From positions 155,095 through 219,094 of the forward strand of contig JBAYGI010000001.1 of the NCBI GenBank assembly GCA_041666745.1: 64,000 nt of DNA, written 5' to 3'. Below the pieces are notes generated by a model. That model worked only from the letters and a program-made list of their open reading frames with translations, was not told where the DNA came from and ran no database searches. Position 1 is the stretch's first letter. Each line of letters starts with the position of its first letter. A program made the translations under genes and the position numbers. Source of the stretch: Candidatus Magasanikiibacteriota bacterium. Its GTDB lineage: Bacteria > Patescibacteriota > Patescibacteriia > Magasanikbacterales > GWA2-37-8. Shown here piece by piece: positions 51,958-60,948 of this stretch.

Positions 51958-54207
51958 ATGAAATATAAAAAATCCAAAAATAACAAATTTAAGCATTCTA
52001 AATTTATTATTTTTGGATTTCTTGCAATTTTTGTTAGTGTTTTAATTATTTGGGGAGTTGTCCGGGCGCAAATCGCGCGCGATGCGATTACTTTTGTCAA
52101 GCATTATAGAATTCAGGACTGGTCGGAAGCCAGAGGTGTTTTGCAAACCAAAGATGGCGGTTATATTTTAACCGGTTATGGGAATTCTGACAAACTCAGT
52201 GTCTTGTCGGATATTGACGCTTTTATTACCAAAGTTAACGCGCAAGGCAACCATCAATGGACCAAACTTTTTCAATCATTCAATTCGGTTAGAATTGACA
52301 AAGGTGTCGGCGGATCCGCCAAAAAGGGTGATGAATATGGCCGTGAAATTGTTGAGCTCACAGACGGCGGTTTTTTGATGGCCAGTCAAGGGACAGGATT
52401 TGTTGACAGCAAGTATTTAAAATTAAAAGAAAAATGGGATGATGTTTTTTTAACTAAATTTGACAAACAAGGCAAACATCTTTGGACAAAAATGATTGGC
52501 AATTACTCCACCGATAGTGTTCATAAAGTTTTCGCCACCGAAGACGGCGGATTTTTATTTTCCGGCTATTCTACCGCCACCGGTTATGGCAAAAAAACAG
52601 CGCCAACTTATTTTATTTTGGCTAAATTTGATAAAAACGGAACAAAAGAATGGTCAAAAATGGCGGATATGACTAATGCGGATATTGAACCATTGACCGA
52701 AGGTGGTTTTATCGCCATAGGCAGTGTCAAAACCGCGGGCAGAGAAAGTAGTACGGCGGAAAAATTTGAGGATACATCCATACCGGTAGCTATTAAATTT
52801 GATTCAAATTTTGGAATTGAATGGTCAAAAAGTTTAGAAATTGTGCCGTTGGAAGAATCAATTTATACGATAGATGAGGCCGGACACACTCATATGAAAT
52901 ACAGAACGAAGCGAAGTTCGGCCGGTAAACTTTTCGCTATCAAGCAAACGGCCGATGGCTATATGGCGTTAGGTTTTCTTTCCCCGATTTTATCCGCCGG
53001 TTCCATTTGGTCCACGCCGGCCGGAAAATATTCATTGATGGCTGTCAAAATTAATAATTTCGGCGAACTGCAATGGGCAAAGGCGATAAAATTGGGCTTG
53101 CAATATGGCCAGCAATTTAATAATGATGTGAGCTTGACAAAAATAATCAAGACAACCGACAATGGTTTTGTTTTTAAATTGGATTATCTTCCACCACCGC
53201 GAAGCGACCAAGAAAATAAAACAGAAATGGTTGATGAAAAATTAAAAGAATTAAATGATTTGTGCGAAAGCAAAAATAGAGTACAGGATTGCGAGAATGG
53301 AAAAATAACCAATGATCCGGAAATTCTTTTGGCATGGGAAAATTATATTAAAACCGCCAAAAGTTTTGACACTACTTTAAACAACGGAATTTTGTTGGTG
53401 AAAACAGACGCGGATTTTAATCCGCAGTGGTCAAAAAAGATTAGCTTGGAGGATTATATCTACGGCTATGGAATAGCGCCAACTTCAGACGACGGCTTGA
53501 TTATTTCCGGCAGTTACAATACATCTATTTTAAATTACAGTTGGAGCATGGGGCAGGGTTATTTTCTGGACACTTTGCTGATGAAATTGGATGTCAACGG
53601 TAATGTCGCGAATAACCAAGGAATGATTGCCGATTACACAGATTTGTCCATCAAAGATGTTGGTTCTTTTCTCGCGCTAAAAGATTTTGCGCCGGTAGTG
53701 AAAAATTTAGTTTTAAAAATTGATAAAAAAGTACAGCCGAAGACGCCGGTTTTGAAAACAAAAGTCATGGATATTTACGCCACGGCTGTAAACCAAGTTG
53801 AGCCGGCCGGCTCCGGAAGTTTGCCAAAAGTTTTTCCCGCTCAAATTCCACCGATAACAAAAACATGGGCGGAGATAAACTTCGCGAATATGGCCAATAC
53901 CGTAGATATTAAACCGATTTATAAAACAGCGATTCAAGTCAACCAAGAACTCTCACCCATCCTTAATCAAATATTTTCCGGCGAGGTGAAATTGAAACCG
54001 GATGTTTCCGGCGGTTTGGAATATGTTTTTGGAAGATTGGTAAACGATAGCGACAAAACAGCGGTGCAAAAATATCTGGAAGGAATTGGATACAAAACAT
54101 ATTTAGCCGAAGGCGATCAATTGGTGATGATGAAAGTGGGCAGGACGCTGACGGTCACTTTTTCATTTGCGGATAAGACGCTGGGTGGGTTGTATGTGAC
54201 TTATTAA
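51958..54207 (+). CDS. Secreted repeat protein (749 aa), paralog of the 55976-58318 protein
   Basis: N-terminal TM anchor. Recurring DGG(F/Y)(I/L) beta-strand-like motifs. A shared C-terminal module ends ...LYVTY. Confidence 0.5.
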   Translation: MKYKKSKNNKFKHSKFIIFGFLAIFVSVLIIWGVVRAQIARDAITFVKHYRIQDWSEARGVLQTKDGGYILTGYGNSDKLSVLSDIDAFITKVNAQGNHQWTKLFQSFNSVRIDKGVGGSAKKGDEYGREIVELTDGGFLMASQGTGFVDSKYLKLKEKWDDVFLTKFDKQGKHLWTKMIGNYSTDSVHKVFATEDGGFLFSGYSTATGYGKKTAPTYFILAKFDKNGTKEWSKMADMTNADIEPLTEGGFIAIGSVKTAGRESSTAEKFEDTSIPVAIKFDSNFGIEWSKSLEIVPLEESIYTIDEAGHTHMKYRTKRSSAGKLFAIKQTADGYMALGFLSPILSAGSIWSTPAGKYSLMAVKINNFGELQWAKAIKLGLQYGQQFNNDVSLTKIIKTTDNGFVFKLDYLPPPRSDQENKTEMVDEKLKELNDLCESKNRVQDCENGKITNDPEILLAWENYIKTAKSFDTTLNNGILLVKTDADFNPQWSKKISLEDYIYGYGIAPTSDDGLIISGSYNTSILNYSWSMGQGYFLDTLLMKLDVNGNVANNQGMIADYTDLSIKDVGSFLALKDFAPVVKNLVLKIDKKVQPKTPVLKTKVMDIYATAVNQVEPAGSGSLPKVFPAQIPPITKTWAEINFANMANTVDIKPIYKTAIQVNQELSPILNQIFSGEVKLKPDVSGGLEYVFGRLVNDSDKTAVQKYLEGIGYKTYLAEGDQLVMMKVGRTLTVTFSFADKTLGGLYVTY

Positions 54208-54278
54208 ACAAAATGGTGCAATATGAATGTCGTTAATCGTTTTGTTGATATTAACAAAACGATTGAAATAAAAAACAT

Positions 54279-54806
54279 ATGTATATAATAAGAAAAGCAT
54301 TGCATAGTGATGTCGACAAAATTTTGGACGTACTTAATTCAGTACTTTTACAAAATTTACCATCAAAGAATAATGGCTTTTTGACCTACAACCCAGGAAA
54401 AAGATTTTATAAAAAACTTATAGAAATTGCGGATTTTGTTTATGTTGTCTGTTACAAAAAAGACATCATCGGATTTTTAGTAGCTTATCCAAGCTCCATG
54501 CTTAATCCCAAAGATGAAATACAAAAATTTCTCATTAATCATTACAAAAAAGAAGAATTTATTTACATATTCCAATTAGCCGTTACTCCGAAGTATCATC
54601 GAAATGGGATCGGCAAAAAATTATACAAGCAGCTCTTTATGGATGCAAAAAAGATAAAAAAAATTGTTGTAACTTCTGCAGTACCGTATAATCGTGCTTC
54701 TGAAAAATTTAATTTGATATTAGGTTTTACTAAAAAAGGAAAAATTTTGAGATCTGACGGGGGTTCAAATTTTGTTTATGAAAACATAAAAAATTACATC
54801 CGATAA
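54279..54806 (+). CDS. GNAT family N-acetyltransferase
   Basis: QLAVTPKYHRNGIGKKLYKQL is the acetyl-CoA binding motif A. Confidence 0.65.
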   Translation: MYIIRKALHSDVDKILDVLNSVLLQNLPSKNNGFLTYNPGKRFYKKLIEIADFVYVVCYKKDIIGFLVAYPSSMLNPKDEIQKFLINHYKKEEFIYIFQLAVTPKYHRNGIGKKLYKQLFMDAKKIKKIVVTSAVPYNRASEKFNLILGFTKKGKILRSDGGSNFVYENIKNYIR

Positions 54807-54835
54807 CTAATTACATCCAAAAATATCTACACAAC

Positions 54836-54872
54836 AAAAAAATCCTTAATTTTCGTTAAGGATTTTTAATTT
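54836..54872. terminator. Bidirectional intrinsic terminator
   Basis: ATCCTTAA-TTTTCG-TTAAGGAT flanked by an A-run and a T-run. Confidence 0.6.
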
Positions 54873-55260
54873 ACAGTTCTATGTTTTTTACCAATTCTTT
54901 AAGCTCTATTGGCACAGGTCCGGTTGTTATGGTTTCTTTAATTTCTTTCAAATCAGCGTCGTTTAGTCGTCCAATGCTGTCCATAATATAATCTCTGCCA
55001 AAATCTTGTCCCGGTTGGTGGAAGTGAGCCAGCCGGTCTCTGTACTCGTTTGTTGTTAGTTGCACAAAACAGTATAGAGGAGAATCGGCTATTTTAACAT
55101 TGCTCAATGCGCCTTGATTTTGTCTTTTGAGATAAAGTCGGTTGATAGCTTCGCCATCTGCGCGGTTTAAGATTTTTGCCAAATAAATTATCTCTTCTGT
55201 CGCGGCGAGATAAACATACTCTAATTCTTTGTATTTTATAACTTCTCCAAAAGTAACCAT
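54871..55260 (-). CDS. Hypothetical protein (129 aa), candidate partner/toxin of the upstream Panacea-domain protein
   Basis: Begins 8 nt downstream of the Panacea gene on the same strand. No motif recognised. Confidence 0.45.
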   Translation of the reverse strand: MVTFGEVIKYKELEYVYLAATEEIIYLAKILNRADGEAINRLYLKRQNQGALSNVKIADSPLYCFVQLTTNEYRDRLAHFHQPGQDFGRDYIMDSIGRLNDADLKEIKETITTGPVPIELKELVKNIEL

Positions 55261-55267
55261 ATCAGCC

Positions 55268-55807
55268 CTAATTTAATGTATTTAATAATTCCAGTTCTTC
55301 TTTTGTCATCTTACAATCATCATCTTCCGCCGCTAAAGTATAAGGTATGTCTTCAAGCAGGTCTGTTTTTTTCCAAGGCGCTTCGTCATGCGACGCGTTT
55401 TCTATGTATTGAGTATTTTTGTCGCCAAATTTTAAGCACACTTTTTGCATTGTCTCAAGTTCTGTTTTTGAGAAATATTTTTCATCATTTTTAGTAAATT
55501 GACGATAGGCGATAATTCTTTGCATGTCGCTTCCTTTCGGTCGTTCAATTTTGATAGTATCCGCGAATAGGGAGCTGTCAATATCATTAGCGACATCATC
55601 AACTAAATTTTTTATTACGGAAGGTATGGGTCCGTGTTCAAGATGTACATAATTATCATATGTAACCGGCGTGCCGTAGTTTTTTAGATGGATAAAATCC
55701 AGAAAGTAAAATAGTTTCATTAATTTTGTTTTACCTAAAAATTTTCTATCAGTATTACTGCAGAAGTAAAGTAGTATTGCCTTTAATTTTGGTATAGGTA
55801 TTTTCAT
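55268..55807 (-). CDS. Panacea-domain (DUF4065, SocA-like) protein, putative antitoxin
   Basis: KTKLMKLFYFLDFIHLKNYGTPVTYDNYVHLEHGPIPSVIKNLV matches the DUF4065 core (KLxKLLY...GxP...Y..wxhGPV). The ORF extends to 55882. The internal start MKIPIP is preferred because of a TTGACA-17-TAAGGT promoter upstream. Confidence 0.55.
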   Translation of the reverse strand: MKIPIPKLKAILLYFCSNTDRKFLGKTKLMKLFYFLDFIHLKNYGTPVTYDNYVHLEHGPIPSVIKNLVDDVANDIDSSLFADTIKIERPKGSDMQRIIAYRQFTKNDEKYFSKTELETMQKVCLKFGDKNTQYIENASHDEAPWKKTDLLEDIPYTLAAEDDDCKMTKEELELLNTLN

Positions 55808-55975
55808 ATGTTTGAGATTGATTACCTTATCATATCGGCAACCTGCTGTCAATATTATTATATCACAGTATTGGCATATCAACCAATTTCAGCGGGTGGA
55901 CGAGAAGGGTGTCTATTTTGTGTTGGTTTGTATAAAGTGATATAATAAAAGAGCTAAATTTGACTCAGTTTAAAT

Positions 55976-58318
55976 ATGTTGAATCACCCTATGTCAAAAA
56001 TTCATTCATTTTTTAAAAACAATTGGGAGAAATTTGTGATGGGGGTTTTGTTTACCGGTTGTTTTGGTTTGTTTTATTTTTTTTGCAATCAGATTTTATC
56101 TGTTAGCGCCGAGCCGAATAGTATTCTTTCTACTGATGTGGCGAGTGTGCCGTCTTTTTCCTACGCCACCCCAAATACAACTTTTCTAAAATCATACCGT
56201 CTTTTGGCTCTTACCAAAATCAACGGCGTTTGGCCAACCAAAGACGGCGGGTATATTATTTCCGGCACGACTGATCCGAATGTTGCGTTTATCCCGCCGG
56301 ATGGTTTTGTGGCGAAGTTGGATAAACAAGGCAATATTTCGTGGATGAAACTTTTGAAATCCACCAATTCGGCCGGTGTCGGAAATTCGCGTGGCGACGA
56401 AGATGTCCAGTCAATCATTGAGTTAAAAAACGGCGGGTATTTTATGGCGTCCAAAGTGTGGGGTTTTATCACAACCGCGGAATCCAGTTCGGGCGGGGAA
56501 GTGAATAAAATTTTGTTAACACGGCTGGATAAAAATGGCAACATGATTTGGAATAAATCGCTCACCGCATCCGTGGAAGACGCAAAAAATTCTTTGGTGG
56601 AAACAGATGATGGATTTTTGTTTCACGCCAACATGTTGGATCTCGCGCCGTCCAAAAGAGGAGAGGATAGCGCTGTGTATATGGATATGCCGTTCGCCTC
56701 ATTGAAAGTTTTGAAGTTGGATAAAAACGGCAATCTTTTGTGGTCAAAAAATATTAAAAATTTTATTGCTCGCGAAAATGATTCTTATTTTGTCGCGACA
56801 GCGGATGGCGGTTATGCTTTGGCGGGAAATATTGCCGAAACAAATCCGGAAAAAAAACCGCCGTATAATTTTGACACATATCCTGGTTTGGCGAAATTTG
56901 ATAAAAATTTTAATTTTCAGTGGGCGAAAAGTATGGAAGGCACGCCGATGGAAATGGCGACGGCTATTCCTCAAGAAGACGGGGGTTACAAAATGGGTTG
57001 GAAAAAATGGCGACAAGGAGCGATGGCTGTTCACGGTTTTGTTCAAACACAAGATAATGGCTATTTAATTTTAGGAAATTTATCCGGATTATCCATGTTG
57101 TCCGATAGTTTTAATTTAAAAAATGGCGTAAAAAATTGGATGATGGGATTCAAATTTGATTCTTCCGGCGATTTGGAGTGGGTCAAAAAAATAACTTTTG
57201 GTTTTAATGAATTTACTTCGCCGATGATGAAATTTTCTATGACTGTGACAGATGATAACCAAATAATGGTTGCCGGTCCGCTTACTTGGGCGGAAGATGA
57301 TTACCACGCGCAAATTATTAATGCCAATGCGCAACGCGATTTGTATTGCGCAAAATACCAAATTAGTGAAGAAAAATGCAAGGGCAATCAAATAGAAAAT
57401 ATAAAAGATAATGCGCAAACAGAACAGGACTGGGAAAAAGTTCAAGCGCTATATACCGCTATACAAGAGTCCTTTCGTCCCGGTGTTTTTATGATGAAAG
57501 TTGACGATCAACTGAATACCAGTTGGGCAAAAATAATAAATCCGAAACGCGGAGTTGCAAATTATGCTTTGACTCCCACCGTGGATAGTGGGGTGGTCAT
57601 CGCCGGCGAGTATACGACCAATGTTGTTAGGACAATTTTGTTTGGTGAAAAAATCTATTATACAGATGGATTTTTCATGAAATTGGACGCCAGTGGAAAT
57701 GTTAAAGATGATGAAAATTGGATTATAAATTTTAATGGCAAATTTGTTACGGAATTGATGACGCCTTATGCTGTTACCAATGATTTGGTTGTAAAAGCGG
57801 AGCCGTTTAAAATAAAATTAACATCGCGAAAACCGGAATTTTCTTTATACAAAAAAGCAAAGACGACCACTTACGCGCCTTTCAATATTTCTGAAAATAC
57901 TTTACCGCCGGTGGCGCCTGCAATTGAGGCAAATAATACCCCGCTGTTAAATTCTACTATTACATCCACCGCGCCAAGATCATGGCCACAAATTAATTAC
58001 GAAAAGGCGGTTCCGAGTGAGCCGATCAATGATAAGAGTCGTATACTCAATAGCGAGCTTCTGCCGATTTTGAATCAGCTTTATAGCAATCAAGTCAAAT
58101 TGACAGATAATCTTTCCGGGCAAATGTTGAGCTATATATTTGGTCGGGTTATTACCAAAGATGATGTGACGGCGGTAAAAAATTATTTGGTAGGTATTGG
58201 GTACAAAACGCAAGATGAAGGAAATAATCAATTGACGATGTATAAGCCGGGTTATTTCTTGATTCTATCTTTTTCGGTGGATAATCTTGATAAGGCATTT
58301 TTGGATGTTACTTATTAA
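55976..58318 (+). CDS. Secreted repeat protein (780 aa), paralog of the 51958-54207 protein
   Basis: Same architecture and C-terminal module as its paralog (...ILNQLYSNQVKLT...VKNYLVGIGYKTQ...DVTY). Confidence 0.5.
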   Translation: MLNHPMSKIHSFFKNNWEKFVMGVLFTGCFGLFYFFCNQILSVSAEPNSILSTDVASVPSFSYATPNTTFLKSYRLLALTKINGVWPTKDGGYIISGTTDPNVAFIPPDGFVAKLDKQGNISWMKLLKSTNSAGVGNSRGDEDVQSIIELKNGGYFMASKVWGFITTAESSSGGEVNKILLTRLDKNGNMIWNKSLTASVEDAKNSLVETDDGFLFHANMLDLAPSKRGEDSAVYMDMPFASLKVLKLDKNGNLLWSKNIKNFIARENDSYFVATADGGYALAGNIAETNPEKKPPYNFDTYPGLAKFDKNFNFQWAKSMEGTPMEMATAIPQEDGGYKMGWKKWRQGAMAVHGFVQTQDNGYLILGNLSGLSMLSDSFNLKNGVKNWMMGFKFDSSGDLEWVKKITFGFNEFTSPMMKFSMTVTDDNQIMVAGPLTWAEDDYHAQIINANAQRDLYCAKYQISEEKCKGNQIENIKDNAQTEQDWEKVQALYTAIQESFRPGVFMMKVDDQLNTSWAKIINPKRGVANYALTPTVDSGVVIAGEYTTNVVRTILFGEKIYYTDGFFMKLDASGNVKDDENWIINFNGKFVTELMTPYAVTNDLVVKAEPFKIKLTSRKPEFSLYKKAKTTTYAPFNISENTLPPVAPAIEANNTPLLNSTITSTAPRSWPQINYEKAVPSEPINDKSRILNSELLPILNQLYSNQVKLTDNLSGQMLSYIFGRVITKDDVTAVKNYLVGIGYKTQDEGNNQLTMYKPGYFLILSFSVDNLDKAFLDVTY

Positions 58319-58352
58319 ATTAGTCACAGTGCTGATTTTGGGTAAAATGTAA

Positions 58353-58368
58353 AAAAGTGGTATAATAG
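58353..58368 (+). promoter_or_regulatory. Extended -10 promoter (AGTGGTATAAT)
   Basis: Upstream of the 58408 CDS. Confidence 0.45.
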
Positions 58369-58407
58369 TAAATAAGCCCGAAATTTTTCGGGGTAACAAA
58401 AATATGT

Positions 58408-59040
58408 ATGGACAAAAAAACAAAGACGATAGTCGTCGTGGTGTTGGCGGTGGTTGTCGTCGGTGGGTTGTATTTCGGTATCAATCGTTGGCGTCAACAG
58501 CGTCTTGCCAACCAAATTTTGAAGGAAGTATATGGGGTCAACGCCGGATTGTTTGGTCAATTGACCGGTGGCGGGGTTAATAGTGGGATGACTAATCAAA
58601 TCGCGCAAGAAATGGCCAAGGAAGCCATGAAACAACAGGTAAACGAAGCCAAGGAGGCAAGCAAAACCCCAGAAGACAAATATAATGATGCCGAAGAAAT
58701 GCAAACTTATGATGCGAATTCCAAAGCAGTAGCTATGGTAGCCAAAGAAATAGTAGAAAAGGCATTTGGGAAAGCAAAACTAACCTCCATTTCCACTGGC
58801 ATGTATGGTTTGACCGCAGGTTCCGGTATTTTGGAGTTTAAAACAGCCCGTCTTACAGCAGGCGAAGATTTGAGTGCTCTCAGTAAAGTTCTTGCCGACA
58901 AAGGTTTGCCGATTTTACAAAGTGGTATAGATAATAAAACTGCCATGGTAGTGGCCGGTAGTGATTCGTCGGTGTTTACAATCACCTTTGAAATTGGAGG
59001 GCAGGCAGTAGGTGTTTCTATTATGAAATACGCGCAATAA
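58408..59040 (+). CDS. Membrane-anchored hypothetical protein
   Basis: TM helix IVVVVLAVVVVGGLYFGI. 210 aa. Confidence 0.5.
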   Translation: MDKKTKTIVVVVLAVVVVGGLYFGINRWRQQRLANQILKEVYGVNAGLFGQLTGGGVNSGMTNQIAQEMAKEAMKQQVNEAKEASKTPEDKYNDAEEMQTYDANSKAVAMVAKEIVEKAFGKAKLTSISTGMYGLTAGSGILEFKTARLTAGEDLSALSKVLADKGLPILQSGIDNKTAMVVAGSDSSVFTITFEIGGQAVGVSIMKYAQ

Positions 59041-59065
59041 TTTTTTATTTTTAATTTAATATTAT

Positions 59066-59398
59066 ATGGAACCAAATACTCCAATCATCGGTGGTGGAAA
59101 AAATACTACAATGGCAGTGATCGCATATATTTTATTTTTTGTCCCTCTTTTGACCGGTGATGCAAAAAAAGATGCGTTTGTGAAATACCATGTCAAACAG
59201 GGCTTAGTTTTGTTTTTACTTGCGGTTTTGATCAATGTCATTGGCTGGGTAGTGCCATTTTATTTATGGTATACAATCAGTTGGATTTTGAGTTTGGTAA
59301 TGTTGGTATTGTTGGTTTTGGGTATTGTTAACGCGGTAAACGGCAAACAAGAACCACTGCCGGTAATTGGTAAATTCGCTGATGTTTTTAAGTTTTAA
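59066..59398 (+). CDS. Small polytopic membrane protein (DUF4870-like)
   Basis: AYILFFVPLLTG...VKYHVKQGLVLFLL pattern. 110 aa. Confidence 0.5.
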   Translation: MEPNTPIIGGGKNTTMAVIAYILFFVPLLTGDAKKDAFVKYHVKQGLVLFLLAVLINVIGWVVPFYLWYTISWILSLVMLVLLVLGIVNAVNGKQEPLPVIGKFADVFKF

Positions 59399-59415
59399 TT
59401 TATATTTTATAATCT

Positions 59416-59766
59416 ATGGCTGATATCCAAGAAATCTTTAATAGAATTTTAGAAACCAAGAAAAAACAAAAGGACATCAAATCCGCTTATCGCGACGCGT
59501 TGGCCTCATCCGAGGAATACAAAACCATCGAAGACAAATTAAAAGATTTGCGGGCTAGAAAAAAACAAATAGAAAATTCTATTAAACAAGATTTTTCTGG
59601 AGAATTTCAAAAGCTTGATGATTTTAAAGTAGATTTGGAATCAGACAATACTATGCTTTCAGACGCGGCCTTCAGTAAATTGGTAAAAGGGGAAACGGTG
59701 GCGGTGATTGATGAGTATAATAACAATTATGAGCCATTGTTTACGGTGAAATTTAAAAAAGTCTAA
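59416..59766 (+). CDS. Hypothetical coiled-coil protein
   Basis: 116 aa, charged and helical. Confidence 0.45.
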   Translation: MADIQEIFNRILETKKKQKDIKSAYRDALASSEEYKTIEDKLKDLRARKKQIENSIKQDFSGEFQKLDDFKVDLESDNTMLSDAAFSKLVKGETVAVIDEYNNNYEPLFTVKFKKV

Positions 59767-59777
59767 ATTTTAAAAAT

Positions 59778-59806
59778 AATCTCGTAAAAGCGGGATTATT
59801 TTTTTA
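59778..59806 (+). terminator. Rho-independent terminator
   Basis: AATCTCG-TAAAAG-CGGGATT followed by ATTTTTTTT. Confidence 0.6.
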
Positions 59807-59817
59807 GTTGATTTTTT

Positions 59818-60948
59818 TTGGTTTTGAGTATAATGTATATTGGTATGACTTTGGATTTTAGTTACAAATTTTTCCGTACTACCGCCGATGCTTTGCAGGG
59901 GATGCGAGAGGGTATTTTGGGTGCGCGTGAATCAATATATTGGGAAATATACTCTTTGATTGATGATGAAACGGGGGCGCCTTTTGTCGAACTTTTGTGT
60001 CAAAAAGCCAAAGCTGGTCTAGAAGTGAAAGTCATTATTGATGCAATTGGCAGTTTTGAGTTGTCTCGTTTAAGTATTAGCCGATTGCGTGGTGCCGGGG
60101 TGGATGTAGTGTGCTACAATTCGTTATTACCAAGTTTGTCATTGTGCGGTTGGGTTGGTTCGCTTTGGTGTAGAAATCATCGAAAGATTTTGGTGTTAGA
60201 TAGAGAGGTAGTTTTTATCGGTGGGGTTAATGTTGGTGATATGTATTCCAAGTGGGATGATCTTCATGTGCGAACCACCGGCAGAATAGTTACACCACTG
60301 TTGCGTTCTTTTGCCAAGTCTTATGTCCATGGTGGTGGTGATAAAAAGAAAATTAAACATCTGTTGAGACCGCGAATAAAAAAAGAATGGCAAGATTTAA
60401 AAATGCGTTGTAAATTTTTTTTGCATTCTCCTGTTAAAACCAAAAGTTCTCGCGCTAAAAATATTTTTTTAAACGCATTATCTCACGCAAAGACCGGTTT
60501 TAATTTGATGACGCCATATTTTGTGCCGGATAAAAATTTTTTTAAAATGGTGTCTGCCGCCAAAGAGCGTGGAGTAAAAGTGGATCTTTTTTTGCCTTTG
60601 GTTCCGGATTATAAATTTTTGGAATGGGTATCTGGACTTTATTCGAAAATGGCTCATAAACATGGTTGTAATGTATATTTATCCACCAAAATGAACCACG
60701 GCAAAGCGATGACTGTTGATAATCAAGTCGGTTTCGTCAGTAGTATAAATTTTACGCACCGTAGTTTTTTTGCAAACGAAGAAGCGGGTATTCTTTTTCA
60801 TGACGAACCGATGATCAATGATTTGAATTTAATTTTTGAAGATTTACGTCAGCACGGTATGTTTTTAAGTGATAAAAATTATTTACATTTTGGTTGGAAA
60901 GGCCGAATTAAAGACTGGTTAGGCAAACAGTTTGGAGGTTTTGTATGA
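59818..60948 (+). CDS. Phospholipase D/cardiolipin synthase-like protein (two HKD motifs)
   Basis: NHRKILVLDREVVFIGGVNVGD and NHGKAMTVDNQVGFVSSINF. The true start may be the leaderless ATG at 59846, which follows TGAGTATAAT. Confidence 0.6.
   Translation: MVLSIMYIGMTLDFSYKFFRTTADALQGMREGILGARESIYWEIYSLIDDETGAPFVELLCQKAKAGLEVKVIIDAIGSFELSRLSISRLRGAGVDVVCYNSLLPSLSLCGWVGSLWCRNHRKILVLDREVVFIGGVNVGDMYSKWDDLHVRTTGRIVTPLLRSFAKSYVHGGGDKKKIKHLLRPRIKKEWQDLKMRCKFFLHSPVKTKSSRAKNIFLNALSHAKTGFNLMTPYFVPDKNFFKMVSAAKERGVKVDLFLPLVPDYKFLEWVSGLYSKMAHKHGCNVYLSTKMNHGKAMTVDNQVGFVSSINFTHRSFFANEEAGILFHDEPMINDLNLIFEDLRQHGMFLSDKNYLHFGWKGRIKDWLGKQFGGFV

Noticed and set aside
55808-55882. N-terminal 25-aa extension (MICQYCDIIILTAGCRYDKVINLKH) of the Panacea protein
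   Set aside because: The extension overlaps a good TTGACA-17-TAAGGT promoter in the mRNA sense, and homologs of the domain start near MKIPIP. I kept it as a possible alternative start.
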